This document shows positions 62,479 through 64,000 of a DNA stretch of 64,000 bases, in pieces. Position numbers and translations under genes: made by a program. The notes under the pieces are model-generated. The model saw nothing but the letters and a program-made list of their open reading frames with translations. It had not been told where the DNA came from and ran no database searches. Each line of letters starts with the position of its first letter. The stretch's first letter is position 1. Source of the DNA: Candidatus Multivorans sp. (GTDB lineage Bacteria; Acidobacteriota; Thermoanaerobaculia; Multivoradales; Multivoraceae); the NCBI GenBank assembly GCA_965224025.1, contig OZ245033.1, forward strand, positions 3,936,001 through 4,000,000, in the 5' to 3' direction.

Positions 62479-64000
62479 ATGACCCTGCTCCATCCGTTCT
62501 GGTTGCTCGCGGCGCTGCCGGTCGCGGTGCTGCTGTGGTCGCAGCGCAGCGATCGGCCCGACCGTCAGCGGCGGCGGTTGCTCTGGATGCGTGGATCGCT
62601 GCTGGCGCTGGTCGTGCTGGCGCTTGCGGAACCGGTCGTCACCTGGAGCAGCCGTGACCTCGATGTCGCCGTGCTGGTCGATGTTTCCGCCAGCGTCGAA
62701 CCGGCGAGCCTCAATCGCGCGCTCCAGGCGATCGAGCGTGGCGTGGATCCCGAGGGTCCGGTGTGGCTGTTCGCGTTCGCCGACCGCGCGGCGGCCGCCG
62801 GCGGCGCGGAGAACCTGCGACGCCTGGAAGTCGCCGACTCCAGCACCGCTTCGGCCGGCAACGCCACCCTCGACCGCGGCAGCACGCTGCCGGAGGCCGC
62901 GCTTCGCCAGACCGCGGCCGCGCTGCGAGCCGATCGCGTCCGCCGCATTCTGCTCCTGTCGGACGGCCAGAACACAGGCGGCATCGCTGCCCGAACCGCG
63001 GCCCGGTATCCGGAACTCCGCATCGACACGGCGGTTCTCGACCGCGTGGCGCCGCCGGTGTGGATCGAGTCGGTGGGAAGAGACGACGACAAGCGCCCCC
63101 TCCGGGCCGGCGAGCCCCGCAACTGGGTCTTCCGCCTCGGCAGCCGCGCGTCCCTGCCTGAGGCCCCTCTGACCCTGCGCGGCGGCGGCGCCGAAGAGCT
63201 GCACAGCGTCCCGCTCGCTCAAGGGGTCACAGAAGTCGAGCTTGAGTGGACGTTCGCCGAGCCCGGACTCCAGACCTTCGAAGCCGTACTCGGGAGCGGC
63301 GAGGGGGAGGCTCCCGCCCAGGGCGCCGTCTGGCGAGGCAGTCTCCGCGTCCAACCCGAGCACCACGTCCTGCTGCTTGCGCCCACCGACCACTCGGGCG
63401 ATCTCGAGCGGCTGCTGGAAGCTCAGGGACTCCAGGTGACCCGGTCCACACCGGATCGCACCACGCTCAACCCCGCCGCGCTGCTTGGGTACGACGCCGT
63501 CCTGCTGAGCAACGTCGCGGCGGACAGCCTCCCCGGACCGGCCCAGCAGGCGCTTGGGCAGTGGGTCGAGGAAGAGGGCGGCGGCCTGCTGTTCGTGGCC
63601 GGCGAGGCGACCTTCGGCGAGGAGGGATACCGGGACTCGCCGCTCGAACATGTGCTGCCGCTCGACTTCGAGATCGAGGAGGAGCGCAGCGAAGTCGCGC
63701 TGATGATCGCGCTCGACAAGTCCTACAGCATGAAGGGTCCGAAGATGGAACTGGCCAAGGAAGCCGCCAAGGCCGCCCTCGGCATGCTGAACGAGCAACA
63801 CCGCTTCGGCCTCGTGGCCTTCGACTGGCACACTCACCAAATCGTCCCTTTGCAGTTCGTGCGCGAACAGGAGCGGCTCGCGGACCGCGTCGACCGCATT
63901 GAGGCCAGCGCCCAGACCAATTTCTATCCCGCGCTCGAGGCCTGCCTGGATCAGCTCTCGGAAGTCCAGTCCGAGGTCAAGCACGTGATCCTGGTCTCGG
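62479..64000 (+). CDS. Double-VWA plus glutamine-amidotransferase-like domain membrane protein (partial; runs off the window end)
   Basis: Not in the ORF track; read manually: MTLLHPFWLLAALP..., VDVSASV, LLSDG, YDAVLLSNV...GGGLLFVAG, ALDKSYSM. Confidence 0.82.
   Translation, partial: MTLLHPFWLLAALPVAVLLWSQRSDRPDRQRRRLLWMRGSLLALVVLALAEPVVTWSSRDLDVAVLVDVSASVEPASLNRALQAIERGVDPEGPVWLFAFADRAAAAGGAENLRRLEVADSSTASAGNATLDRGSTLPEAALRQTAAALRADRVRRILLLSDGQNTGGIAARTAARYPELRIDTAVLDRVAPPVWIESVGRDDDKRPLRAGEPRNWVFRLGSRASLPEAPLTLRGGGAEELHSVPLAQGVTEVELEWTFAEPGLQTFEAVLGSGEGEAPAQGAVWRGSLRVQPEHHVLLLAPTDHSGDLERLLEAQGLQVTRSTPDRTTLNPAALLGYDAVLLSNVAADSLPGPAQQALGQWVEEEGGGLLFVAGEATFGEEGYRDSPLEHVLPLDFEIEEERSEVALMIALDKSYSMKGPKMELAKEAAKAALGMLNEQHRFGLVAFDWHTHQIVPLQFVREQERLADRVDRIEASAQTNFYPALEACLDQLSEVQSEVKHVILVS

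Overview
High-GC bacterial chromosome segment. The taxon cannot be read from sequence alone; the gene mix is compatible with Acidobacteriota. The left flank (1-19346) is housekeeping: murJ, a PilZ-AMIN protein, class II DAHP synthase, a queuosine-precursor transporter, trpS, a sodium:solute symporter, isoaspartyl peptidase, prpE, and a FadF-like oxidoreductase-TetR-etfBA cluster. The right flank (41221-64000) holds argG, a MATE pump, peptide ABC permeases, sucA-sucB-[Uma2, VapBC]-lpdA, secreted beta-propeller proteins and a MoxR/DUF58/VWA operon. Between them is a ~22-kb defence island encoding a restriction-like system: an SNF2 helicase-DUF3883 nuclease, a Swt1-HEPN/DUF499 ATPase and a DUF1156 DNA methyltransferase. 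The key observation is that the methyltransferase occurs as two oppositely oriented alleles. They differ in the region between motif I and motif IV but share an apparently identical 941-bp inverted repeat (19951-20891 / 29734-30674), and only one C-terminal tail is available. Two tyrosine recombinases and two toxin-antitoxin modules lie between the repeats. As assembled, neither allele is intact: A lacks its C-terminus and B carries an ISL3. Inversion across the repeat would build a complete in-frame 999-aa allele-A enzyme. This suggests an invertible specificity switch (shufflon-like) in a DUF1156/DUF499 system. That is an inference, and an assembly artefact must be excluded. No rRNA, tRNA or CRISPR array was seen.
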